Position numbers and translations under genes: made by a program | Assembly: GCA_044239865.1 (NCBI GenBank) | Contig: JBIIAO010000005.1 | Location: forward strand, 41,537 to 105,536 | DNA length: 64,000 bases | Reading direction: 5' to 3' | Source: Flavobacteriales bacterium | GTDB taxonomy: Bacteria > Bacteroidota > Bacteroidia > Flavobacteriales_D > Sanyastnellaceae | In this document: in pieces, positions 10,065-19,209 of the stretch | Layout: each line of letters starts with the position of its first letter | Position numbering within the stretch: the stretch's first letter is position 1 | Notes under the pieces: model-generated | The model's input: only the letters and a program-made list of their open reading frames with translations | What the model was told of the DNA's origin: nothing | The model's database searches: none

Positions 10065-10742
10065 TCAGGCTTCGAATTTATAACCAACTCCCTTAATTGT
10101 CTTAAAATTTTCGTCACCTAATTTTTCACGCAGTTTGCGAATGTGAACGTCTATGGTTCTGTCACCTACAATCACGTCGTTTCCCCAAATAGAATTTAAT
10201 ATATTCTCTCTTGTAAATACGCGACCTGGCGCGCTAGACAGTAAAACTAAAAGTTCGAATTCTTTTTTTGGAAGTTGAATTTGAACGCCGTCTTTAGTTA
10301 CTAAATATTTATCACGATCAATTTCAATTCCACCGATGCTCATGTCTTTTTTGGCATCTGTAGGACCAGATCTGCGAAGCAGGGCTTTGATCTTAGACAC
10401 CAGTAAACGTTGGCGAATAGGTTTCGTTATGAAATCATCGGCGCCGGCTTCGAATCCTGCGATTTGGCTGTAGTCTTCGTTGCGCGCCGTTAAAAAAGTA
10501 ATGACAACATTTTGTAAGGATGGAATTTCTCGAATTTCTCTGCAGGTTTCCATGCCGTCCATTTCGGGCATCATAACGTCTAGAATAATTAGGTCAGGCA
10601 ATTCTCTTTTCGCAACTTCAAGACCTTTTCTTCCATTCAGCGCGGTGCAGACATCATACCCCTCTTTTTCCAAATTAAATGTGAGCAAGTCAAGAATGTC
10701 TTGTTCATCATCTACACAAAGTATTTTTGGTTTTTTTGCCAT
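10065..10742 (-). CDS. OmpR/PhoB-family response regulator
   Basis: Receiver domain (KILCVDDEQD...LIILDVMMP) plus a winged-helix output (TIDVHIRKLREKL...GVGYKF). I placed the start at the ATG at 10742 (MAKKPKIL); the track start at 10874 is an extension into the divergent promoter. Confidence 0.9.
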   Translation of the reverse strand: MAKKPKILCVDDEQDILDLLTFNLEKEGYDVCTALNGRKGLEVAKRELPDLIILDVMMPEMDGMETCREIREIPSLQNVVITFLTARNEDYSQIAGFEAGADDFITKPIRQRLLVSKIKALLRRSGPTDAKKDMSIGGIEIDRDKYLVTKDGVQIQLPKKEFELLVLLSSAPGRVFTRENILNSIWGNDVIVGDRTIDVHIRKLREKLGDENFKTIKGVGYKFEA

Positions 10743-10859
10743 TCTATTGCAATCTTTGAAGCGAGTTATTCGGAACGAAGGTAGTAGTCTTTTAAAGATA
10801 TAAAAGACGATTAAGGTTAACCTAAAGTTAAGTTTTCTTAACTCGGAAATGATATTACA

Positions 10860-11651
10860 GTGAAACAATTTCAAAATAAGGTAGTTTGGATTACGGGCGC
10901 AAGTAGCGGCATTGGCGAAGCTGTGGCAAAGGCTTTCAGCGCCTCTGGAGCCGTTGTAATTATTTCATCACGAAGAAGGGAAGAATTGGAGCGCGTTAAA
11001 GCGATCTGCACAGATTCTGACAATGTTCATGTTTTCCCATTAGATTTAACCGATGGTGATTCCATTAAGCAAGTGTCGAACGAGGTATTGTCGAAGTTTC
11101 AAATAGATATTTTATTCAACAACGGTGGAATAAGTCAACGCTCGTTGACTTCTGAAACTACCATAGAAAATGATCGGAAAATTTTCGAAGTGAATTATTT
11201 CGGGCATGTACAAATGACAAAGGCTGTTTTGCCGCAGATGTTAGCCCGAAAGTCTGGACACATTGTAACTATTTCAAGTTTAACCGGGAAGTGGGGATTC
11301 TATTTGCGTTCCGCCTATGCGGCATCGAAGCACGCGTTGCATGGTTTTTTCGATTCGTTGCGCATGGAAGTGGAAGATTTAGGAATTCGCGTTACCTTAA
11401 TTACGCCTGGATTTATTGCCACAGAAATTTCGAAACACGCCATTGATAAATCGGGGAATCCTTCCGGCGAAATGGATAACAATCAGGCCCAAGGAATTTT
11501 AGCAGAAGATTGCGCCAAGCAAATCTTAAAGGGAATATTTTCGGGGAAGGAAGAATTTGGTGTTGGTGGAAAGGAATTGCGTGCGTTGTTTTTACACCGT
11601 TACTTTCCCAGACTGTTCAAGAAAATCTTGAAGAAGCAAGCTGCGCGTTAG
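10860..11651 (+). CDS. SDR-family oxidoreductase
   Basis: TGASSGIG cofactor motif, NNGG, and the YAASK catalytic motif. GTG start. Confidence 0.85.
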   Translation: MKQFQNKVVWITGASSGIGEAVAKAFSASGAVVIISSRRREELERVKAICTDSDNVHVFPLDLTDGDSIKQVSNEVLSKFQIDILFNNGGISQRSLTSETTIENDRKIFEVNYFGHVQMTKAVLPQMLARKSGHIVTISSLTGKWGFYLRSAYAASKHALHGFFDSLRMEVEDLGIRVTLITPGFIATEISKHAIDKSGNPSGEMDNNQAQGILAEDCAKQILKGIFSGKEEFGVGGKELRALFLHRYFPRLFKKILKKQAAR

Positions 11652-12706
11652 TCTTTGATTCGAGAAAAGCGAAGCGCGTTCAACATAAAATTCGGAAGTG
11701 GTTTTAGTGGATCTCGCTTTTCCACATTCAAAAAGATCCCCCACTTTTCTACAATAGGAACTTTGTACACTTCAATGAGTTCAATCAGTGTTCTATCCGG
11801 ATCATCGATATACGTGCAATGTACTTTAGTCTGTCCCATGCTAAGAGCGTCGTTACTGTCGCATCTAAATGCAAATCCTTGCTCGGCTAATTTCCCACCC
11901 AATTTTTTCATTCCCTTCACGTCGAGTCCAAGATGAACGAACCCGGAATCGCCCCAAATACGACCTTCAAAGGTTCGCGCGGGAATACGATCCAACGCTT
12001 GAACCAACTCAATGAATGTGCTTCCCATTACGCGTGCAAATCCACCTCCGGTGGGCGCCGATTGTTTAATTCGCACACGACGATACTGTTCTTTTCCACC
12101 TGGTAAATGTCCCCAATCGTTGAATGTCCCTGTGCGGTCGAATACAATTTCGTCGTAGCCCAAAAGATTCGAATACAAATTCAATGAGGCTTCCATATTC
12201 GTGACTCCAATGCTGCAACCTGCTACACCGTTGCTCGCATGCCCCATGTCTCGGTAGCATTCGTTGGTGGGTTCCACACGGAAAAAGTTTCCATCTAGAT
12301 CGGTTAAATCGAATACCTGCTGTTGAGCAGGATTCAATGCAATCTCACTCACGTCATGCGCACCGTTCTGTTTGCAATATGCGTGCATGTGTTTTACATC
12401 GCGTGCCTTCATGTGAACCTGAAAAATATGGAGGTCCCCCACTTTGATTTGAAAATCTGCTTTTCGTGGTTCGAAGGTGGTTGGACGAATGACTTCCATC
12501 GCACATCCGCCTTGCAAATTCATAATCATACTAGCGCGCTTGGTAATGGTTTTTCCGTGCGTATAGCAATCCATAAGCGGTGCAGGCTGAACACTATCGA
12601 AAAATGGAATGTTCATTCCGAAAATCTTGCGGTAATATTTCAACGAAGCGTCCATGTCTTGCACGGCAACACCAACGTGCTGAATGCTATTAATTCTGTT
12701 CATCAC
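11648..12706 (-). CDS. VOC (glyoxalase/dioxygenase fold) family protein
   Basis: The N-terminus (INSIQHVGVAVQDMDASLKYYRKIFGM) is typical of a VOC module. At 352 aa it implies duplicated modules. Confidence 0.65.
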   Translation of the reverse strand: MMNRINSIQHVGVAVQDMDASLKYYRKIFGMNIPFFDSVQPAPLMDCYTHGKTITKRASMIMNLQGGCAMEVIRPTTFEPRKADFQIKVGDLHIFQVHMKARDVKHMHAYCKQNGAHDVSEIALNPAQQQVFDLTDLDGNFFRVEPTNECYRDMGHASNGVAGCSIGVTNMEASLNLYSNLLGYDEIVFDRTGTFNDWGHLPGGKEQYRRVRIKQSAPTGGGFARVMGSTFIELVQALDRIPARTFEGRIWGDSGFVHLGLDVKGMKKLGGKLAEQGFAFRCDSNDALSMGQTKVHCTYIDDPDRTLIELIEVYKVPIVEKWGIFLNVEKRDPLKPLPNFMLNALRFSRIKD

Positions 12707-13982
12707 AAATGTGTTTTAATTGACCAAGACATCGCTCCTGCGCGGCCTTCCATTTGGAATACTCGGCACTACGATCGGCACAATCTTTTTTGTATTTAAT
12801 TATTTTTTTGAAACGGTCGAAGCGCATGCGGGAACGAACTTCAAACACACCAACTCCTATAAGAATGAGCACTCCAAGTAAATAGTTTATTCCGAAAAAA
12901 GGAAAGGCTATTGCAAGAATAAAAATATAGGGTATGCTGAAGAAGAGCTTAAATGCAATACGAATAGAATTTCGGAAAAGCACATCCTTCAATTTAGTTT
13001 GAACAAAGTTCTCTGTGAAATTTGAAATGGGAAAGAAGATGATTTTTCCAATTAGTGAAAAGGGAATCGTAATGAACACGCGCAGGGTATTCCAGAATTG
13101 CCATTGCTGAGTTTCGAGTTCAGTCTTATTCGAAAATGAAAGTTCTTTGGATAATTGGTTGAATGATTTTACTTCGTTCAAGAATTGAATTTGTTCAAAT
13201 CGGTTGGCGTTAACCATATCCTGATAAATAAGAACGTTCTCGTGCCAATCGTTGTAAGGGTGAACGAAGTGCAAGAGGTCTTGAATGGTTAGGTATTCCT
13301 CATAAAAGTCATCGTTACGAATGTCTGTCATGACCGCTTGTATGTGCTGACTTATTTCAGCTACCAATTCGTTGGCCCAAATAGCCTTATTGGCTGTTGT
13401 GTAATCTTCTTTTGAAAGCACAATGGGTTTTCCAATGCGTAGCATGAAATTACCGTCTTTCTCGAAGAATTCAGAATACTCTAAACCTAAAGGAAGAATT
13501 CTTATTTGCTGCAAATTCGGATTCGCTTCAAAAGTTCCAATGATTAATCTTCCGATTCCTTTCTTAAGGGGAGTGTTGAGCGATTTTTTTCCTTTGTGGG
13601 TTCCTTCAGGAAAAAGACTAATCCAATGACCGCGATTCAAACGCTTGTAACACTGTTGGAAGATTGCTTCGTTGCGATCACGAAGATCTGCTACATTATC
13701 TTTTTCACGGTAGACAGGGAGCATGTTTACTTTTCTCAAAAGGAAAGAAACAAGGCCTGGTTTAAAAACATCTGAGCGAGTGAGCCAATGCAATTGTTGA
13801 GTAATTACAGAGCAGCAAAGGATTGGATCGAGTAAGGCGTTTTGGTGATTTCCAACAACGATGGTTGGAATTTCACTTCCCTTTAAATTTTCATAGCCAA
13901 CAACACGAAACTTTCTGTGAAAGAGTCGGAGCCCAAAAACAAGAACGATTCTAAATATTTCGTACAACCAGGATCTACGCAT
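12690..13982 (-). CDS. Lysophospholipid/glycerolipid acyltransferase (PlsC-like) with C-terminal membrane extension
   Basis: NHQNALLD histidine/aspartate motif and the LFPEGTHKG block. The C-terminal ~130 aa contain hydrophobic helices. Confidence 0.72.
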   Translation of the reverse strand: MRRSWLYEIFRIVLVFGLRLFHRKFRVVGYENLKGSEIPTIVVGNHQNALLDPILCCSVITQQLHWLTRSDVFKPGLVSFLLRKVNMLPVYREKDNVADLRDRNEAIFQQCYKRLNRGHWISLFPEGTHKGKKSLNTPLKKGIGRLIIGTFEANPNLQQIRILPLGLEYSEFFEKDGNFMLRIGKPIVLSKEDYTTANKAIWANELVAEISQHIQAVMTDIRNDDFYEEYLTIQDLLHFVHPYNDWHENVLIYQDMVNANRFEQIQFLNEVKSFNQLSKELSFSNKTELETQQWQFWNTLRVFITIPFSLIGKIIFFPISNFTENFVQTKLKDVLFRNSIRIAFKLFFSIPYIFILAIAFPFFGINYLLGVLILIGVGVFEVRSRMRFDRFKKIIKYKKDCADRSAEYSKWKAAQERCLGQLKHICDEQN

Positions 13983-14005
13983 AGCGAAAAGAAACGAAGA
14001 TAACT

Positions 14006-15862
14006 TTATTTTGTCCTATCCTGCAATTCTACCATCTTCAGGTATGCACTGTCTTTTTTCATAAGCTCTTCGTGCGTTCCCGTTTCAACAATACTTCCTC
14101 CATCTAAAACAATAATTTTTGTTGCATTGCGAATGGTAGAAAGGCGATGGGCAATAACCAAAGACGTTCTGTTTTTCATGAGTTCGTCAAGTGCGAGTTG
14201 AACAGCTCTCTCATTCTCTGTGTCCAGAGCAGAGGTGGCTTCATCTAGAATTAGAAGTTTCGGGTCTTTCAGAATGGCACGGGCAATTGCAATTCGCTGA
14301 CGCTGTCCACCCGAAAGTTGAATTCCACGATCTCCCACAATGGTATCCCACCCTTCAGTGAACTGCTCAATGAATTCCCAAACATTGGCGCGAATGGCGG
14401 CTGATTTAATTTCTTCGTCAGAAGCCGAAGGTTTTCCATACGCAATGTTCTCACGTATACTTCCGCCAAACAACAAAACCTCTTGAGGAACATAAGCCAT
14501 GCTCTTACGCAAGTCGTGTAATTTCCAATTTGAAAACGAAACACCGTCGTAAAGAATATCGCCTTCAGAGGCATCGTAAAAGCGAAGCAGGAGATTCGCG
14601 ATGGTTGATTTTCCCGAACCGGAAGAACCGACAAGTGCAATCTGCTCTCCTTCTTTCACTTCAAAAGAAACATCTTTGAGTACCGCCATTTCAGCTCTGC
14701 TGGCGTAGTTGAACGAAACGTTTTTAAACTCGAACGTTCCGTTGAATTGTTTTTCTACAGCCGTTTCTTCCTCAGGAATATTTTCCGGATCCATGGCCAA
14801 AATTTCCATGACTGAATCAATGATACCCAAGCTTCTTTGAAGAGAACCCATTTGTGCAGCAAGGCCTCCGATGGAACCAGCGATTAATCCGGTTAGCATA
14901 ATGAACTGCGGAAGTACTTCAACAGGCAATTGTCCGGTTTGCTGCAAGTGCGCGCCCACTCCAATAACAAGTCCCAATGTTCCGAATAAGAAAATAATGA
15001 TGAACGTGCCGAACATGCCCCGCCAGATAGCACTCTTCATGGCATTTGCGCGGACATCTAGAATCCGTTTGTAGTAACGAGATATTTCAAACGGCTCGTT
15101 GCTGTAACTTTTCACACTGACTACACCGGTAAAAGTTTCATTCAAAACCACTCCTGATTCTGCAACTTTATCTTGTGTCTCCTTACTTAATTTTTTAATG
15201 TAACGTCCGAAGAATACCATTACAACAATGATGACAGGAAGGGTTCCTAACATCACTAAAGTGAGGTATGGAGAATATGAAACGAGCCAACCCACACCCA
15301 CGAAAATGATAACAGATTGACGAAGGAATTCGGCAAGTGTTGTTGTTAAGGTCTCTTGAATAGCAGTAATATCGGAAGTGATTCGACTGCTTAAATCTCC
15401 CACTCTTCGTTCGTTGTAGAACTGAATAGGCATACGTATGATGCGTGAATAAGTATCCTTGCGTAAAGCAAGCATTGCGTTTTCAGAAACATAAGAAAAC
15501 AGATAAACACGAAAGAACGAGAATACACCTTGTATGATTAGCAACCCAACCAATGCAACGAGTGTTTTCGAGGTCATGCCTTCACCTTCCCAGTGAATAA
15601 CAGATAGGAGCGATTGGGTTAATGCGCCACCGGGCAAAGCAGCCTGGGCATTTGGAATTAATAAAAATCCAAGTAATGCGGTAATGACAATAACCAATAA
15701 CCCAGAAACAACTAGCAGAAGCATTCCAATAAAAAAGGAGAATGCGTATGGACGTAAATAGCGGAACAATCCTAATGCACTTGAGATTGTAGCTTTTGAA
15801 ATTTTCTTTTTTGGAGGAGTAGCGCTTTCTTTCACTTTGAAATCTTTTGGCGAATTTAACAA
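14006..15862 (-). CDS. ABC exporter, fused permease/ATPase (MsbA/multidrug type)
   Basis: Six-helix TMD, then Walker A (GSSGSGKST), the signature LSGGQRQR and Walker B (LILDEATSALD). The track start is TTG, so the exact start is uncertain. Confidence 0.9.
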   Translation of the reverse strand: MLNSPKDFKVKESATPPKKKISKATISSALGLFRYLRPYAFSFFIGMLLLVVSGLLVIVITALLGFLLIPNAQAALPGGALTQSLLSVIHWEGEGMTSKTLVALVGLLIIQGVFSFFRVYLFSYVSENAMLALRKDTYSRIIRMPIQFYNERRVGDLSSRITSDITAIQETLTTTLAEFLRQSVIIFVGVGWLVSYSPYLTLVMLGTLPVIIVVMVFFGRYIKKLSKETQDKVAESGVVLNETFTGVVSVKSYSNEPFEISRYYKRILDVRANAMKSAIWRGMFGTFIIIFLFGTLGLVIGVGAHLQQTGQLPVEVLPQFIMLTGLIAGSIGGLAAQMGSLQRSLGIIDSVMEILAMDPENIPEEETAVEKQFNGTFEFKNVSFNYASRAEMAVLKDVSFEVKEGEQIALVGSSGSGKSTIANLLLRFYDASEGDILYDGVSFSNWKLHDLRKSMAYVPQEVLLFGGSIRENIAYGKPSASDEEIKSAAIRANVWEFIEQFTEGWDTIVGDRGIQLSGGQRQRIAIARAILKDPKLLILDEATSALDTENERAVQLALDELMKNRTSLVIAHRLSTIRNATKIIVLDGGSIVETGTHEELMKKDSAYLKMVELQDRTK

Positions 15863-15929
15863 CCTTTAGGAGTATACAGTGATCTATGTTTAAGTTGTAG
15901 CACCCGCATGAAAATTTTTTTCAATAAGA

Positions 15930-15954
15930 TGTAGATACATTAAATGTATGTACA
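15930..15954. promoter_or_regulatory. Imperfect 25-bp palindrome, candidate MarR operator
   Basis: TGTAGATACATT-A-AATGTATGTACA, with 12-nt arms and one mismatch. The core ATACATT-A-AATGTAT is perfect. It lies in the divergent region between the ABC exporter and marR and abuts a TATATTTG box at 15955-15962. Confidence 0.45.
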
Positions 15955-15962
15955 TATATTTG
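15955..15962 (+). promoter_or_regulatory. Candidate -7 promoter box (TATATTTG) for the marR-yceI unit
   Basis: Exact TAnnTTTG match, 4 nt upstream of the GTG start at 15967. Confidence 0.4.
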
Positions 15963-15966
15963 CCCT

Positions 15967-16428
15967 GTGAAATCAATCGGGGAAGAAATACAACAGTCGG
16001 AGTTTAGTGATGTCTATCAAAAGCTAGGCATTAATATTCTCTTCACTGCTGCATGGTTTGGAGAGATGAATAGAATTGCTCTGAAGGATTATAAAATTTC
16101 CTTGCCGCAGTACAACGTTCTTCGAATTTTACGCGGACAGAAAGGACAGGCCATCTCAGTAGCTGGACTGTGCGAGCGAATGATTGACAAAAGCAGCAAT
16201 GCTTCGCGAATTGTAGATAAACTTGAAATTCGAAGGCTTGTTTTAAGAAGAGTTTGCGACAAAGACCGAAGACAAGTAGATGTTATTATTACAGAAAAAG
16301 GATTGGCACTTTTGGAAGATTTAGATGAAAAAGTTCCAACCTTCAAAACAATTATGTCGAAACAATTGTCTTACAAAGATGTCGAGACGTTGAATTTCGC
16401 TCTCGACCAAATTAGAAATCAGAAATAA
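15967..16428 (+). CDS. MarR-family transcriptional regulator
   Basis: 153 aa. The winged-helix segment (LPQYNVLRILRGQKGQAISVAGLCERMIDKSSNASRIVDKLEIRRLVLR...DRRQVDV) is typical of MarR. Confidence 0.85.
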   Translation: MKSIGEEIQQSEFSDVYQKLGINILFTAAWFGEMNRIALKDYKISLPQYNVLRILRGQKGQAISVAGLCERMIDKSSNASRIVDKLEIRRLVLRRVCDKDRRQVDVIITEKGLALLEDLDEKVPTFKTIMSKQLSYKDVETLNFALDQIRNQK

Positions 16429-16450
16429 ACAAAAAATAAAAATCAATCAA

Positions 16451-17062
16451 ATGAAAAAGGCAATTTTAGCATTAGTCGTGGCAATCGCTTCAGTAGCGGG
16501 AGTTCAAGCGCAATTAGCAGATGGTAAGTACATTTTAGACTTCAACAAGAGTTCAATCGTTTGGAGTGCAAAGAAGGTAACTGGTAGTGGACACACAGGA
16601 ACTGTGCGTGTTTCAAGCGGTGTTATCTATGTAAAAGGTAATGCGGGTATAACAGGAAAAGTGAAAATTGATATGAACGCTATGGTTATCACAGATATCT
16701 CAGATGCAGGAACAAATGCAAATTTTTTGAATCACTTAAAAGCAGATGATTTCTTCAACACTGTTGCTTTTCCAGATGCTATGTTTGAAGTGACAAGCGT
16801 TCAAGTTGCGAAAGGAAATAATGGTACAACGCACAATGTAACAGGCAACATGACAATCAAGGGAATTACTAAGTCGTTGTCATTCCCTGCGAAAATCACG
16901 GGTGGTGGAAATCAAGTATTTGTAGAGGGTAGTGTTGGTGTTGATCGCTCACAATTCGATGTGAGATACGGCTCTACCGCATTTTTCGACAATCTAGGAG
17001 ACAAGGCAATAGACAATATTTTCAACTTGAACATTAAGTTGGTAGGTGATTTGAAGAAATAA
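16451..17062 (+). CDS. YceI-family (polyisoprenoid-binding) periplasmic protein
   Basis: Signal peptide, then SSIVWSAKKVTGSGHTGTV... and HLKADDFFNTVAFPDAMF, which are YceI-like blocks. Confidence 0.82.
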   Translation: MKKAILALVVAIASVAGVQAQLADGKYILDFNKSSIVWSAKKVTGSGHTGTVRVSSGVIYVKGNAGITGKVKIDMNAMVITDISDAGTNANFLNHLKADDFFNTVAFPDAMFEVTSVQVAKGNNGTTHNVTGNMTIKGITKSLSFPAKITGGGNQVFVEGSVGVDRSQFDVRYGSTAFFDNLGDKAIDNIFNLNIKLVGDLKK

Positions 17063-17083
17063 GTTTAGAAGGGTTAAGGTCGG

Positions 17084-17116
17084 AAAAGGTCGTTATTCAA
17101 TAACGGCCTTTTTTGT
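17084..17116 (+). terminator. Rho-independent terminator after yceI
   Basis: Stem AAGGTCGTTA / TAACGGCCTT (one G-U pair), loop TTCAA, followed by TTTTTTG. It overlaps the 3' end of the convergent gene. Confidence 0.55.
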
Positions 17117-17854
17117 TTTGTACTTGTCGTAAAGAAAGTATTTCAAATCGATTGAAAAATAGCTTCCTGATAGACTTAACCAAAGTCTTTCTGAGCCAGA
17201 AGTTGTCTCTACTAGGCCCTGAGAACCGGCGATTCTTGAAAAAGGTCTGTGAAATGAGGCACCGAGGTAATAGTATCCTTGTTTTTCTGTGCGGTATTCA
17301 AATCCCAAATTCGATTGAGCAGCCAGAGCGCTCCATTTGATGCGATAGGTTTTCTGACTGAAATCGAAGTATGTTGAATCCACTTTTTCCGAACTAAATG
17401 TCTCTGTTTCACTTGGGAAAAAATCAAGTGAAATTCCAGCACTGGCGTTCATATACCAAGCTTTTCCTAATCGAACATAAATCAACGCTTGAATGGGTAT
17501 TTCGTAGGCAATGAACGTCATGTTTTGTTTTGAACTCACTTGCACGCCGTCGTTCAATTCGAAATTCAAGGAGTAACTTCTTTTTACGAAATTCAGCCCT
17601 GTTTCTATATTCCAGAATTTTCCGATTGGCTTCCGAATAATAGCCCCGAAGCTTATTCCAACATTTGATTTTGCGCTATATGTAAAATTCGGAGAATTGG
17701 CCGTTTCAATATCTGTATTCAAATAGGCATTCGGAATAATAGGACGAAGTTGAAATCCAAACTTAAATTCATTGGCAGTCGAATTTTGTCCGAAAGCTTT
17801 TCCAGATAGAATAAACAACAATGAAATGAAAATTATTTTTTTACAGAATTCCAT
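17093..17854 (-). CDS. Hypothetical outer-membrane beta-barrel protein
   Basis: Signal peptide (FISLLFILSGKAFGQ) and an alternating-hydrophobicity, aromatic-rich sequence. No family recognised. Confidence 0.5.
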   Translation of the reverse strand: MEFCKKIIFISLLFILSGKAFGQNSTANEFKFGFQLRPIIPNAYLNTDIETANSPNFTYSAKSNVGISFGAIIRKPIGKFWNIETGLNFVKRSYSLNFELNDGVQVSSKQNMTFIAYEIPIQALIYVRLGKAWYMNASAGISLDFFPSETETFSSEKVDSTYFDFSQKTYRIKWSALAAQSNLGFEYRTEKQGYYYLGASFHRPFSRIAGSQGLVETTSGSERLWLSLSGSYFSIDLKYFLYDKYKTKKAVIE

Positions 17855-18402
17855 TCGGTAACGTATTCAAGTGGTTTGCGGTGATTCGTTGGCCATTCAC
17901 CTTCGACATAACCTAAATAAACGATGCCTAGGCAACGTTGTTGTGCTGGCAGATTTAATGTTTGATTGAATTTTTCCGATCGTATGAATCCGGGTGTTGC
18001 CCAAAAACTTCCGATGCCATATGCTGTTGCCGTTAGCATAATATTTTGAATGGCACACGCCACCGCATATTCTTCTTCATGCAAAGCCGCTTTTTCAGAG
18101 GCTTCCATGCATACTACAACCACTGCGGAAGTGCAGTTCAATCGAGAGGTGATGCGTTCTCTTTTCACAGGCTGATCTTCGGGCATGAGTGAAGGAAGAG
18201 TTTCTCTAAGTATACCCATTCCTTCTTCCAAATAAACATGAAAACGCCAAGGCTGCGTAAGCTTGTGATTTGGGGCCCACACTGCGTTTTGAAGCATTTT
18301 TTCAATTTGCTCCTTGTGCACTTTACGGTTAGTGTAATGCTCGGGAGTTATGGTTCTTCGACTTTGAATGAGTCCGCTTATTTCGCTTAGATTGAATTTC
18401 AT
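17833..18402 (-). CDS. Nitroreductase-family protein
   Basis: SRRTITPEHYT and VWAPNHKLTQPWRF blocks, 189 aa. Confidence 0.8.
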   Translation of the reverse strand: MKFNLSEISGLIQSRRTITPEHYTNRKVHKEQIEKMLQNAVWAPNHKLTQPWRFHVYLEEGMGILRETLPSLMPEDQPVKRERITSRLNCTSAVVVVCMEASEKAALHEEEYAVACAIQNIMLTATAYGIGSFWATPGFIRSEKFNQTLNLPAQQRCLGIVYLGYVEGEWPTNHRKPLEYVTEWNSVKK

Positions 18403-18426
18403 GTCTTGTTATGAATCGTGTTCCGC

Positions 18427-18434
18427 TATTTTTG
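18427..18434 (+). promoter_or_regulatory. Candidate -7 promoter box (TATTTTTG)
   Basis: TAnnTTTG match, 13 nt upstream of the ATG at 18448. Confidence 0.35.
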
Positions 18435-18447
18435 TTCAAACTTAATC

Positions 18448-19209
18448 ATGAAAACAATACTCATAACAGGAGCAGGCAGCGGAATTGGTGCCGCGGCGGC
18501 ACATTCTCTTGCAGAAGAAGGAAACAACCGCATAATTTTAGTGGGGAGGAACGAAGAAAAGCTGAATGAAGTGTTAGCTAAATTGCCGCATTCAGAGCAT
18601 CACTGCGTGCTTGCCGCCGACGTACGAAATGCTTCCGCATTTCGCGAAGGATTGAAAAATATTTTAGGCGATGGTAGTTTAGATTGCGTTTTCGCTAACG
18701 CGGGTATCGGCGGAGAAAACGCCTACGGCGTAGAAGATCGTTGGGACGAAATTATTTCAATCAACCTTACCGGAACATACATCACCGTCATGGAATGCCT
18801 GCCATTCCTCAGAAAATCATCGGCCACCTTCAAACACGTTCTACTCACAAGCTCCATCCTGGCGCGTTTCGGTGTGCCGAATCACAGCGCCTACATTGCT
18901 TCCAAAACAGCAGTAGTCGGACTCACGCGCGCATGGGCCGTTGAATGGGCACGCGAACAAATTTTAGTCAACGCCATTACACCCGGATGGGTAGAAACGC
19001 AAATGTCGAAAGACAGCATTCAGCGCCATGCAGATCGAAATGCTTCGACCTATGATTCAGCGTACCAAGAACAAATGAACTACGTGCCTACCGGCAGAAT
19101 GGCGCAACCGGCAGAACTCGGAAATTTTGTTGCTTTCCTTTTTTCAGGAAAACAAAATTCAATAACCGGTCAAGCACTCGATATTAACAACGGAGCACAC
19201 ATGCAATGA
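18448..19209 (+). CDS. SDR-family oxidoreductase
   Basis: TGAGSGIG, NAGIG and YIASK motifs. I placed the start at the ATG at 18448 (MKTILITGAG). Confidence 0.85.
   Translation: MKTILITGAGSGIGAAAAHSLAEEGNNRIILVGRNEEKLNEVLAKLPHSEHHCVLAADVRNASAFREGLKNILGDGSLDCVFANAGIGGENAYGVEDRWDEIISINLTGTYITVMECLPFLRKSSATFKHVLLTSSILARFGVPNHSAYIASKTAVVGLTRAWAVEWAREQILVNAITPGWVETQMSKDSIQRHADRNASTYDSAYQEQMNYVPTGRMAQPAELGNFVAFLFSGKQNSITGQALDINNGAHMQ

Noticed and set aside
14269-14640. Antisense or alternative-frame ORFs within housekeeping genes (also 2690-3025, 4462-4872, 12323-12799)
   Set aside because: They are fully embedded in well-supported genes, have no recognisable motifs, and their composition is typical of shadow ORFs.
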